Shown in pieces: positions 1 through 9,416 of a stretch of 64,000 nt of DNA (position 1 is its first letter; every line of letters begins with the position of its first letter). The stretch is taken from NCBI GenBank assembly GCA_903885795.1, contig CAISJV010000007.1, forward strand, positions 2,365-66,364. The letters run 5' to 3'. A program made the translations under genes and the position numbers. This DNA comes from an uncultured delta proteobacterium (lineage in GTDB: Bacteria; Desulfobacterota; Syntrophia; Syntrophales; UBA8958). The notes under the pieces are model-generated. The model saw only the letters and a program-made list of their open reading frames with translations. It had not been told where the DNA came from and did not search any database.

Positions 1-113
1 CAACTTTAGGATGTGCATTTCCGGGTGTAACCCCTTCCCCACCCTAATGTATACCCTTCAAATGGGGAGGAGATGCAGGGTAAAAAATTCAGCAAGATGA
101 GGTATATTTTCAG

Positions 114-338
114 GTGAAAGTTACCGTCAAGTTGTTCGCTTCCCTGCGCAAGGACAGGTTTGCCGTTGACGACTTCGACTACCAGGAGGGCGCTACGGTA
201 GGTCACATCCTCGCATCTCTACATATCTCGGAAGAGGAGGCGGCGATCATTTTCATCAACGGCCGCCACGGGGGACCAGATTCTCCCCTCAAGGACGGAG
301 ACCTGCTGGCAATATTTCCGCCGGTGGGGGGCGGGTGA
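114..338 (+). CDS. MoaD/ThiS-family ubiquitin-like sulfur-carrier protein
   Basis: 74-aa ORF (GTG start) of beta-grasp size ending in ...FPPVGGG (C-terminal Gly-Gly). Its stop lies 1 nt before the E1-like gene. Confidence 0.8.
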   Translation: MKVTVKLFASLRKDRFAVDDFDYQEGATVGHILASLHISEEEAAIIFINGRHGGPDSPLKDGDLLAIFPPVGGG

Positions 339-339
339 G

Positions 340-1158
340 ATGGAAAGTCTCAAGGAATACCTTTTGGCCCGTGCTGAGAATGGACTTATCCGTCTTTCCA
401 TCCAGGCGTGGGCGGTCCAAAATTTCGGGCTCACTTTTCCAGCCGCTGAGGAGACCATCCTGGGTCTGAATCTGCTGCCTGCACGTTACCAGCGAAATCA
501 ACGGAGCCTTTCCTGCGGGCAGCAGCTTTCCCTGTTCCGAAGTAAAGTAGCCGTGATTGGCTGCGGTGGCCTGGGAGGCCATATTGTCGAGGAACTGGCG
601 CGACTCGGAGTAGGTAATATCACCATCGTCGATCCCGACACGTTTGAGGAGCACAATCTAAACCGCCAGTTGTTTTCTAAACTTGACAACCTGGGGCAGC
701 CAAAGGTGGCCGTCGCCGCCAGCAGGATAAAAGAGATCAACCCCGCCGTAACCATCGTATCGGTGTATGATGCCTTCACAAGCAGAAACGGCAGCGTGCT
801 TATCGAGAAAGTCGATGTTGTAGCAGACGCCCTCGACAGTATTCCGCGACGTCTCGAATTGGCTGAGGTATGCGAAAAATCTAACATCCCGCTGGTCCAC
901 GGAAGCGTCGGCGGCTGGTACGGTCAAGTTACGACCCAATTTCCAGGAGATTACACACTGCAAAAAATCTATTCCCGATATATTGGCGAACGAGGCATCG
1001 AAAAGGACTTGGGGAATCTATCTTTCGTCGTTGCCATGATCGCGAGTATAGAAGTTTCCGAAATCGTCAAGATACTACTTGGAGAAGGATCAACATTAAA
1101 AGGAAAGATACTTTCACTGAACTTGCTCGATATGGAATTTTCAGAAATCACCTTTTGA
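340..1158 (+). CDS. ThiF/MoeB/HesA-family E1-like adenylyltransferase
   Basis: Nucleotide-binding loop VAVIGCGGLGGH and the IVDPDTFEEHNLNRQ block typical of E1/ThiF enzymes. About 65-aa N-terminal extension; no rhodanese domain. Confidence 0.85.
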   Translation: MESLKEYLLARAENGLIRLSIQAWAVQNFGLTFPAAEETILGLNLLPARYQRNQRSLSCGQQLSLFRSKVAVIGCGGLGGHIVEELARLGVGNITIVDPDTFEEHNLNRQLFSKLDNLGQPKVAVAASRIKEINPAVTIVSVYDAFTSRNGSVLIEKVDVVADALDSIPRRLELAEVCEKSNIPLVHGSVGGWYGQVTTQFPGDYTLQKIYSRYIGERGIEKDLGNLSFVVAMIASIEVSEIVKILLGEGSTLKGKILSLNLLDMEFSEITF

Positions 1159-1163
1159 AGCCG

Positions 1164-2477
1164 ATGAATATTCCGCTGACAAAAGAAACTCCCGCCCTGA
1201 GACCTTATCCAGCCAAGTTATTCGTCGAAACAACGACCCGCTGCAATCTCCAGTGTCCCATGTGCCTTAAACAGCGACATGATGCGGAATTTCTGGAAGG
1301 GGACATATCCAAAGATATCTTCATGGCCCTGTTGCCAGCCCTGCCAACCTTGGAGGCCCTAGTCTTGAACGGGATCGGCGAGCCTCTTCTTCATCCCGAC
1401 CTCGATGATTTCATCGGTCTTGCCAAAGAGAAAATGGACAAAAACGCCTGGATAGGATTCCAGACCAATGGCCTGCTCATAGACAGGGAACGAGCCATGT
1501 CTCTGGTCAGGGCGGGAGTGGACCGGATATGCCTTTCTGTCGACGCCGTATCCCCCACGACCTTCAGTAACATCCGCCAGGGGGGAGAATTCAGGAACGT
1601 CGAGGGAGCGCTTAAAATGCTCCGTACAGCAAAGAAAACATGCAACGAGCGACTTGAAATCGGAGTGGAGTTCGTCATGAGGCGCGATAATATAGATGAG
1701 TTAGCAGAAACAATTCAGTGGGCCGCTTCTCAAGGCGCCGATTTTGCGATTGTTACGCAACTTTTCCCCTATCATCAGGCCCTTGTTTCCCAGACGACGT
1801 ACGACGCCAACCTGGACGTTTCTATGTCCATTTTTCACGAGCACATGAGCAGAGCCGAAAAAGAAGGCCTTGATATCAGGCGCTATTACGACGTGTTTAT
1901 GAAATATGAAAAATCTGCTGAGGAAAAGAAAATAATTACCTTTGTGGAAGCGCTGGTGGAAGATGCCTTACGACAGGGAATTTCATTGAACTTGCAGAAA
2001 CTGTTTTCTACGGATCATGCCTGGGCAGCAAAGATGGAAAAGGTCTTCGCCAGAGCTCGGTCCGTTGGGACAGAGACGGGGATAAAACTCCGGTTACCGG
2101 AAATTATCCCCAAAAGCGCCCGCCAGTGCGAGTTCGTTGAGGAAGGCAGCATCTTTGTTTCCTGGGATGGAAATATCCATCCTTGCTATTTTTTATGGCA
2201 CCATTACCGCTGTTACATAAACGGCCTAGAGAAGATTGTAAAACCCAAGATATTCGGCAATCTATCCGAAAGAGGTATCCTGGAAATATGGAATGATACC
2301 CATTTCGCCTCATTCCGGCAAAACGTCCTCCGCTATGATTATCCATTTTGTTTCAACTGTAGCTTTGCCCTGTGCGGCTATGTCGAGGGCGGCGACTTTG
2401 AGCAGGATTGTTATATCAACGCCGAGCCCTGCGGCGTCTGTCTGTGGTGCATGGATGTATTCCAGTGCCTGAAGTGA
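1164..2477 (+). CDS. radical SAM enzyme with C-terminal SPASM-like Cys-rich domain
   Basis: CNLQCPMC (CxxxCxxC) near the N-terminus. The last ~110 aa are Cys-rich in SPASM-like spacing (GNIHPC, CFNCSFALC, CGVCLWC). ATG at 1164; an alternative TTG at 1155 overlaps the E1 stop. Confidence 0.85.
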   Translation: MNIPLTKETPALRPYPAKLFVETTTRCNLQCPMCLKQRHDAEFLEGDISKDIFMALLPALPTLEALVLNGIGEPLLHPDLDDFIGLAKEKMDKNAWIGFQTNGLLIDRERAMSLVRAGVDRICLSVDAVSPTTFSNIRQGGEFRNVEGALKMLRTAKKTCNERLEIGVEFVMRRDNIDELAETIQWAASQGADFAIVTQLFPYHQALVSQTTYDANLDVSMSIFHEHMSRAEKEGLDIRRYYDVFMKYEKSAEEKKIITFVEALVEDALRQGISLNLQKLFSTDHAWAAKMEKVFARARSVGTETGIKLRLPEIIPKSARQCEFVEEGSIFVSWDGNIHPCYFLWHHYRCYINGLEKIVKPKIFGNLSERGILEIWNDTHFASFRQNVLRYDYPFCFNCSFALCGYVEGGDFEQDCYINAEPCGVCLWCMDVFQCLK

Positions 2478-3226
2478 ATATGGCGGATTTATTTCCAGGA
2501 GAAAAAGTACTTGTGACCATACGGGATGCCACGATTTATGATTTTAGCTTAATCATATCGCATAGTAAATACCTGACGGAGTCCGATAATTTTTTTTATA
2601 CCGCGTCGCCTCCGTCTGCTCACGGGCCTTTTGCTCAAGACGGAGACTGATCTCTTTCGCCTTCTCCACCTGATCACGAATCTGCCCCAAAGTCCCACGA
2701 TTTTCGCTGTTCCCGGTCTTTCTCTCCCTTGACCGCCGGGCGTGGAAATTGTTTTTTAACTGCCTCTCCGCCTAGGCGCCTTGACCGGACAGCAACTGTT
2801 TCAACAGCTCTCGCACCTCTTCCCGAGGCAAACCGTCGAACCAGGAGTCAAGCTCATCTTGGCTTGCAATGTCGGCTTTAAGGTCCGGGACGCCCATCCG
2901 GTTGATGCATAGTTGAATGAAGACTGTAGGGATCATCAAAGATACGACATGCCAGACATCAAATATAAGGCGAGAAGCAGGCTTCCTGAGAGTTTATTGA
3001 ATCCCGGTTGAAAGCTGCGATGATCAACCTTATCGTGAACCTGCATATTCCCTTGACCAATACATCCAAACATAACGCTTTGAGAATTCGAAGAACCATA
3101 AAACTGATTTGATGCGTGACGGATGGGTCAAAGATCTTGATGAAGATAATGGACTTCGAACGAAAATGGATTGATGGGTGTCTTCTCATTAATAACAAGA
3201 TGTGAGACTGAATTTTTGCAGCTACC

Positions 3227-4591
3227 TCAAGCCCGCACCAAGATTTCATCTACCTGCTTCTGCCATCCCTCTGTCGATGTGTGAATGGCACGTCCTATGT
3301 AAGACGCCCGCAATTCTCTTAATGCCGCAATCCTCCTGCACGCGACAGCGTAGCGACGGTAGCGGAACTGAGTTTCGAGAGAGTCATCGGGCAGATAGAT
3401 CGGTTCCCTTTTAAAGTTGAGCATCACCAGGGCTCGATTGAGCCGCTGAATCGCCGGCTCTATTAAATCGCAGGAATTCCCCGTATCCCGTAAATTTCCG
3501 GATCTATCTTCGGGGAGCACACGGAAGAAGTAGGTTGCGCGTCCAGAATGTAAGGTAGACTCCCAAGCAACGACAGTGGCAGGGTCTTTTGCTACTGGCT
3601 GTGTTGTAATAGGAAAGAAAAACCAATGGAGCACCTGCTCCTGCCGACGTTCCTTTTCCCCGCTGTTGGTTACATGTTCTGCCTCCGTTGCCTCTTCCTG
3701 CTCTCTTTTAGCTGATTCGTCAGACTCCGCACCGCTGGCACTATTTTCTTCTTCCTGTCGGATTATTTTGAAGCCCGTAAAATAATCGCTTTCAACCATC
3801 ATCCGTTTCTTAAGAATATCGAAATAGGGCTTAATGTTGATATCTATCGTCTTTTCCAGGAGGACCGGCTCTATTTTGGGGTGAATGGACGCTATTTTGG
3901 AAACCGCTGTTGCATGGCCTTCCCTCATGAACTGGGCGACCTGCTGAAACTGATCTAGTGAAAGAAAAGGAAAGAGGTCCTGAAGGATTCTGGCACTGTT
4001 GTCTGCAAGGTCGTTAATCGCTGCACTCAGGCGATCAATGAATTCATGTGTTCGCTTTGCAAGTTTTGTGACGATAAGGCGTTCATTACCTGAGCGAAGC
4101 TCCAATCTGTAATTGACTTCATCAAAGTCTACGGTATCGACGTCGCTCAACCTCCAATGCAATCCGGTGGCTGTCTCCGGCAGAATAGCAAGATTGCTCT
4201 TGTAAATCCTGATCTGGGCTGGACTCGAAAAGCTGTGTTCCGTTGCATCGAGCTGAACGAATCCCTCAAAGCGTTCAATTTCCTCCAAATCCTCGAGAAG
4301 AAGGCATTGAACCAGGCGGTCGCGGTAGGCCTCTAACAGATAATGACAAAGATTTTGAAAGGTTTTCCCAAACTGATTTAAGACAATAGTCTTGCTGGTA
4401 TAGAGTTTTAATTGGAGCTGGTAATCGCCAGGAGAAAAGATATCGATATCGCCTAAATCCAACACCAGCGGTTGTCCCTTCTCAGGGATAAGGAGGAGAT
4501 TTGCATCCTCAATTGTGAGCCTGCACGATCCGCCTTGGACTCCGGTCCCCGTCTGATCAAGGTACTGAAACTTCCCCGAAAATGAAGTCAT
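3227..4591 (-). CDS. hypothetical protein with two similar N-terminal PH/GRAM-like modules and an acidic linker
   Basis: 454-aa ORF. Two similar segments (CRLTIEDANLLLIPEKG...LDLGDID and AQIRIYKSNLAILPETA...WRLSDVD), then an E/S-rich linker and a conserved-looking C-terminal domain. It starts 4 nt after the stop of the upstream gene. Confidence 0.55.
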   Translation of the reverse strand: MTSFSGKFQYLDQTGTGVQGGSCRLTIEDANLLLIPEKGQPLVLDLGDIDIFSPGDYQLQLKLYTSKTIVLNQFGKTFQNLCHYLLEAYRDRLVQCLLLEDLEEIERFEGFVQLDATEHSFSSPAQIRIYKSNLAILPETATGLHWRLSDVDTVDFDEVNYRLELRSGNERLIVTKLAKRTHEFIDRLSAAINDLADNSARILQDLFPFLSLDQFQQVAQFMREGHATAVSKIASIHPKIEPVLLEKTIDINIKPYFDILKKRMMVESDYFTGFKIIRQEEENSASGAESDESAKREQEEATEAEHVTNSGEKERRQEQVLHWFFFPITTQPVAKDPATVVAWESTLHSGRATYFFRVLPEDRSGNLRDTGNSCDLIEPAIQRLNRALVMLNFKREPIYLPDDSLETQFRYRRYAVACRRIAALRELRASYIGRAIHTSTEGWQKQVDEILVRA

Positions 4592-4595
4592 TGGG

Positions 4596-5264
4596 TCACA
4601 TCATCTTATTGCCACATTCAGGGCAGAATTTCGTTCCCGCCTCAGCCTTCGTTCCACAACGAGAGCACTCGTTCTTCGGGCGGATCGGTTTGCCACATTC
4701 GGGGCAAAACTTGGCACCCTGGGTGCGCGAGCCGCAGCTCGGACATAGCGCCGCAGTTTCGCTCGTGATATCTATTTCACTGGTCAGATCCAGGGCTTTT
4801 ACTTTCTCACGCATCTGTTCGACAGTTGCCTGGGCTTGGGCCGCTGCCAGCTCAGTTTCCACATTCGGCGCGCATTCGTAACACAGGCCACGTTTCTGGC
4901 TCCAGCATGTGTTCAGGCATGCCCATTTTGCACATTTCGGGCATTGACGGAAGTTTGCTTTTATTTCCTCTACTGCCTCTTGAAACGCTTTATCGTGTGC
5001 CGGACCTCGTATGGCACGTTCGATCTCATAACTTCCTCTGCTTACTTGGCCAAAGATACCCCCGAAGATGTCTCCCGCGGTTCGCAGCGCACTGGTAGCG
5101 AGACCTGTTACTGAGGATTTAAACTCACTCATGAAACCATTCCCGCAACGGTCGCAGATGAACTCAAATTGGAAACCCTTGTCTGTGGAGTGGTCGCTGT
5201 GGTTTCGGGTAAACTGAATTGTTGCCATATCCTCCTCCTGAGAGAATTGAAGATTTGCTTGCAT
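4596..5264 (-). CDS. multi-zinc-ribbon protein
   Basis: CDRC, CPKC...C..C, and a C-terminal tandem CPSC..CPEC / CSRC..CPEC. An alternative ATG at 5228 is preceded by AGGAGGAGG. Confidence 0.65.
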   Translation of the reverse strand: MQANLQFSQEEDMATIQFTRNHSDHSTDKGFQFEFICDRCGNGFMSEFKSSVTGLATSALRTAGDIFGGIFGQVSRGSYEIERAIRGPAHDKAFQEAVEEIKANFRQCPKCAKWACLNTCWSQKRGLCYECAPNVETELAAAQAQATVEQMREKVKALDLTSEIDITSETAALCPSCGSRTQGAKFCPECGKPIRPKNECSRCGTKAEAGTKFCPECGNKMM

Positions 5265-5340
5265 ACTATACCTTGGACTTTGAGCATACTTTTAAGGTAT
5301 TTATGTGTCAAGAGAATTTGTTGCTAAGAAATTTGTGCCT

Positions 5341-5370
5341 TTGACAGCATATTTTCCTTTCGCGTATAAT
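5341..5370 (+). promoter_or_regulatory. near-consensus sigma-70 promoter (TTGACA-N18-TATAAT)
   Basis: TTGACA at 5341-5346 and TATAAT at 5365-5370, about 160 nt upstream of the 5531 ATG. Confidence 0.55.
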
Positions 5371-5530
5371 GCGCCTGTGCTTCCTTGTGAGTAAATCGCT
5401 TACCTCGAATAATATGCCTGATTTAAATCCGTTATCATCGATATTATTTCCTCAATAATTGTGATAAGGTAAAAGCGGTAAAAGACTTGCCCCAATAGTT
5501 GCCGGACTTGGACACGATAAGGAGGAAAGA

Positions 5531-6094
5531 ATGGATAAGGTCAAGATTGACAACAATGTGTTCATCCCCATGCCCGTGACTCTGGTCGGTTGTCTACTAA
5601 AAGGTAAAGCGAATTTCATGACCGCTGGCTGGGTATCCCGCGTGAACGCAAATCCTCCACATATCGGCATCGGAATTCATCGTTCCCATGCCACGCCCGA
5701 GGGTATCATTGAAAACAATACCTTCAGCGTCTGTTTCCCAGATCGTGCAAGCATTTTGCGGGTGGACTATTGCGGAATTGTATCTGGGAAAGATACAGAT
5801 AAATCCAAATTATTCACGTCTTTTTATGGCGAACTAAAAACTGCGCCGATGATTGAGGAGGCATCGCTGAATCTGGAGTGTTCTCTAGTCCAGACTATCG
5901 ACGGGGCAAGCAACTATTTCTTCATCGGCGAAATCAAAGGTGCCTATGCATCCCCCGAATGTCACGAAAATGGACGGATTAACCCTAAGAAAGCCGATTT
6001 TCTTCTATTGACGATGCCCGACAACACTTACTGGACACTTGGGGAATCCATAGGCCAGGCTTGGCGAATGGGGAAACAACTCGTTAATAAATGA
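5531..6094 (+). CDS. flavin reductase-like (FMN-binding split-barrel) domain protein
   Basis: 187 aa; the N-terminal PVTLVGC...ANFMTAGWVSRVNANPPHIGIGI pattern is typical of flavin-reductase-like domains. AAGGAGG SD. Confidence 0.65.
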   Translation: MDKVKIDNNVFIPMPVTLVGCLLKGKANFMTAGWVSRVNANPPHIGIGIHRSHATPEGIIENNTFSVCFPDRASILRVDYCGIVSGKDTDKSKLFTSFYGELKTAPMIEEASLNLECSLVQTIDGASNYFFIGEIKGAYASPECHENGRINPKKADFLLLTMPDNTYWTLGESIGQAWRMGKQLVNK

Positions 6095-6422
6095 TATCTT
6101 CAGTAGTTTTACTAAGACAGAGATTGGTATTTGATCAAAATTAGTCTTACTGACAACAAATACAACTCTACACACAGGCTGATCGGCTCAGATCAATGAA
6201 TGCCGGTCGAAAGGCGCAAATTCTTGACACAGAATGATTCATGGTTCATGATATTCTTCATGGTCTTTGGATCTGTAGCGGCAAGATTGGTCGTGAAATT
6301 AGTAATCCCCTGCGCATACCGAAAGGGATCGTGAATTGGTGACGCCCCATTTAAAAATGCACCAGCGGTATTTCTATCCCGACCTCAACTCAAACAACAC
6401 AAAATTCATGTGGAGATAAAAA

Positions 6423-7196
6423 ATGAAAATACTCTCGATTTTGTGTTGCTTATTGATGTTTTCCGTTGGTTGCTCCCCAGCCAAAAGCGGCGAGGCTAAA
6501 AAAACGGGGGCATCTCTGCGGATTCTTTTTGTGGGCAATAGCTATACATACGTCAACGATCTGCCAGAAATGTTTACCAAATTAGCCACTGCAGGTGGTC
6601 ATTTGGTGGAAACAGGCATGGTTGCCAAAGGAGGATGGACGCTTGCCCATCATGCTAATTCATCGGAAACGATAAATATGATTAAAGCATCTAAGTGGGA
6701 CTATGTGGTCATGCATGAACAAAGTCAGATACCTTCCACTGAGGCATCCCGCAAGTATACAATGTACCCATCTGCACAATATCTTGTCACCATCATTAGA
6801 CAAAGCGGCTCTACCCCTATTTTTTTCCTAACTTGGGCGCATCGCAATGGATGGTCTGAAAAAGGCATGCGGGATTACGAAAGTATGCAGTCTCAGATTG
6901 AACAAGGATACATGGAAATTGCGCAAGAACTGAATGCGTTGGTTGCACCAGTGGGACATGCCTGGTCGCAAGCAAGAAAACAATATCCTGAGCTCGAGCT
7001 TTGGCAGGGGGATGGCAGTCATCCCAGCGAGCTAGGGACTTATCTGGCAGCATGTGTTTTTTATGCCGTCATCTTTCGTCAAAGCCCGGAAGGACTGAAA
7101 TGCCCGGTTAATATATCAAAAGAAAATGCCCAGAGTATCCAGAAAATAGCCGCAATCGTCATTTTACAATATCCGAAACAATGGAACCGTTTATAG
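6423..7196 (+). CDS. SGNH/GDSL-like hydrolase lipoprotein
   Basis: Signal peptide with lipobox-like FSVGC; block I ILFVGNSYTY and block V GDGSHPS (DxxH). Confidence 0.65.
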   Translation: MKILSILCCLLMFSVGCSPAKSGEAKKTGASLRILFVGNSYTYVNDLPEMFTKLATAGGHLVETGMVAKGGWTLAHHANSSETINMIKASKWDYVVMHEQSQIPSTEASRKYTMYPSAQYLVTIIRQSGSTPIFFLTWAHRNGWSEKGMRDYESMQSQIEQGYMEIAQELNALVAPVGHAWSQARKQYPELELWQGDGSHPSELGTYLAACVFYAVIFRQSPEGLKCPVNISKENAQSIQKIAAIVILQYPKQWNRL

Positions 7197-7334
7197 CAAG
7201 GTGATCGTGGCCTCTATGAAATTAATTTCATGCACAATTATCGCATTGATGGTCTGCATAGACATAACGTGAAAAGGCGTAATTGAACCTTTAAAGAAAG
7301 TGATTCTGGTATCAGCAAATCCCGAAGGCACGGC

Positions 7335-8567
7335 ATGACAAACGAGAATAAAATCATACTTTTTCCTGTCGCATCACATTTTCTTTTTCACTTCTATGAG
7401 ATCGCTTTTCCGACTCTGGCCATTCCGCTGACATTATACTTGGGGATAAGCCTCAAGGAGGTCCTTGCACTGGGGTTCCCCATGTACGTCATGTTTGGAG
7501 TTTTTGCACTGCCCTGGGGTGTTTTCGCTGACCGCTTTAACAACCGTCTTGCACTTATGATCGGGTTTTTCGGCTGCGCCGCTGGTTCCTTCCTCACGGC
7601 ACTATCGTCGACGCCCATAGAAATCATGTGGTCGCTCGCTATTATTGGAATGTTCTGCTGCATTTGCCATCCAGCTGGTATGGGACTGATCTCCCTCGGG
7701 GCCAAAAATAGGGGCTCATCCTTGGGTATCTTCAGTGTGGCAGGAACCGTCGGGTTGATCTTGGGAGCTTTTATCGTCGGGATCTTGAACTGGCTTGCAG
7801 GCTGGAAGATGGTCTATTCGCTAATGGGTGTGGTAAGCCTGATATGGGGAGTGTCGATGCTGTTTGTGAAAATCGACGAGCCACACCTTATCAAAAAGGC
7901 ATCCGTTCAGAACTATGCGGAAAATAAGACCAAACATGCTTTGGGAAGCGTGATTCTTTTCTTCTGGATCGTTACCCTTGGGGGACTGGTATATCGTATC
8001 AATATCGTTGCCCTTCCCGCTTACCTGGAGTTAAAGGCGGGCTTCCTTGCGCATCAGTTTCACGATTTGCTGAGTATTCAGACCAAGGCGGCCACCTCAA
8101 CGATGGCCGCAGCCGCCCTGACATCATTCATCTATGTCGCAGGGATATTCGGTCAGCTCTGGGGTGGCAGGATCGCCGACCGTCATGAACTGAAGAGGCT
8201 CTATATTTTATTTAATGCTGCGATCCTGCCTCTTGCGCTTCTCATGGCTTTTCTCAGCGATCAGTTGCTTGTTGTTGCTGCAGGCGCCTATGTCTTTTTT
8301 GCCCTGGGGATTCAGCCCATCGAAAACAGTTTGATTGCCAAGTTTACACCATCCCAGTGGCGAAGCACTGGTTACGGACTATCGGCGATCCTCATCTTCG
8401 GCGTGGGTGCACTGGCAGTCTATCTGGTTGGATGGATCTCGGCACGTTGGTCTTTGGGAAATGTTTATCTGTGTTCCAGTTTTTTGTTGATATTGATTGT
8501 CTTGAACATCGGTTTTCTTTTTCTTTTGACACACGGTATCAATCTGCACAACAGGGAGAAAGAATGA
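7335..8567 (+). CDS. MFS transporter
   Basis: 410 aa, about 12 hydrophobic segments, MFS motif-A-like GVFADRFNNR after the second hydrophobic segment. Confidence 0.8.
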   Translation: MTNENKIILFPVASHFLFHFYEIAFPTLAIPLTLYLGISLKEVLALGFPMYVMFGVFALPWGVFADRFNNRLALMIGFFGCAAGSFLTALSSTPIEIMWSLAIIGMFCCICHPAGMGLISLGAKNRGSSLGIFSVAGTVGLILGAFIVGILNWLAGWKMVYSLMGVVSLIWGVSMLFVKIDEPHLIKKASVQNYAENKTKHALGSVILFFWIVTLGGLVYRINIVALPAYLELKAGFLAHQFHDLLSIQTKAATSTMAAAALTSFIYVAGIFGQLWGGRIADRHELKRLYILFNAAILPLALLMAFLSDQLLVVAAGAYVFFALGIQPIENSLIAKFTPSQWRSTGYGLSAILIFGVGALAVYLVGWISARWSLGNVYLCSSFLLILIVLNIGFLFLLTHGINLHNREKE

Positions 8568-8748
8568 GTTCGGACGGATGGACATGTCATAGGCCCTATA
8601 AAACAATTGATAAGGAAATATTTGTTAGATAGGAAGAAAGTGGTAAAATTATGGGACGAGCCCCGTGGTGAAGATAATCATGCTTAGGTTGGCCTAGTTT
8701 GAAAAGGTACGACGGGGTTCATTCGGATTGGTATATAAAGATAACGTA

Positions 8749-8997
8749 ATGAGTGAAAACCTGAATGATAAAAAGAAATCCGTGAACCCATCCATGACCG
8801 TGACAGGATTGACCCTGTACGGCATCATTATGGTCTCTTTGATTCTGATCTACCGGGACCCGCTGATCACGGTAACTTGCCTGGTGATTATGGCTGTTAT
8901 GCTCGTCCAGTATATCGTTCCTGTCATCAGGGAAAAGCGGCAGATCAGGATCAAAAAAGGTGCCGCTGAAGAAACACCCCAAAGCGAACGTGATTAA
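8749..8997 (+). CDS. small membrane protein
   Basis: 82 aa from the first ATG (the track start at 8728 is TTG); two hydrophobic helices; followed by a hairpin. Confidence 0.45.
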   Translation: MSENLNDKKKSVNPSMTVTGLTLYGIIMVSLILIYRDPLITVTCLVIMAVMLVQYIVPVIREKRQIRIKKGAAEETPQSERD

Positions 8998-9002
8998 AAG
9001 AC

Positions 9003-9036
9003 AAAGCCCTCCCCCGATCCCGGAGAAGGGCTTTTA
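9003..9036. terminator. stem-loop between convergent genes (possible bidirectional terminator)
   Basis: AAAGCCCT (9003-9010) pairs with AGGGCTTT (9027-9034). A-rich on the left and T-rich on the right. Confidence 0.45.
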
Positions 9037-9063
9037 AGTCCTTTTAAGTCATAGATGTCCCCG

Positions 9064-9207
9064 TTAGATGGCAATCAAAGTCGAAATCTCGATCTCTTTC
9101 TCGTAAAAAGGACCGCACATAGGGATATTCCAGTTCTTTCCCTTCATCACATTTAAGTTCAGCGTCGCCATGTCCCACACTTTCATTTTTGCCAATATCT
9201 TCTTCAT
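9064..9207 (-). CDS. unannotated 47-aa ORF (below track threshold)
   Basis: ATG preceded by GGAGGT at 9-nt spacing; translation MKKILAKMKVWDMATLNLNVMKGKNWNIPMCGPFYEKEIEISTLIAI. Confidence 0.3.
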   Translation of the reverse strand: MKKILAKMKVWDMATLNLNVMKGKNWNIPMCGPFYEKEIEISTLIAI

Positions 9208-9416
9208 TGTCTCTATACCTCCTCTGATAGCTAAATCTTCACTGCGGGTGATGCTATCTCAAGACAATTATAAAGACAATCAGCGCAACGCTGATTTGTT
9301 AATCGGACAGAGCGACATGATGACATAGGACATTTACTCATGAAGGTATCGGTTTTTGTCCTATAGAATATCCAAACATCTAAGTTAAGAATGGACCGGA
9401 TTGACTTAGCCCCGGT

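Noticed and set aside
2772-2774. In-frame TAG as pyrrolysine or programmed readthrough
   Set aside because: There are no pyl genes or methylamine methyltransferase context in the window. A nonsense mutation in a small gene is more parsimonious.
2959-3249. 96-aa minus-strand ORF, and possible IS or transposase debris in 2898-3226
   Set aside because: No SD, no recognisable motif in any frame, and multiple stops in the other frames. I could not support a mobile-element call.
9031-9050. Tandem duplication CTTTTAAGTC x2
   Set aside because: Only two 10-bp units, partly within the terminator tail. Too short to interpret.
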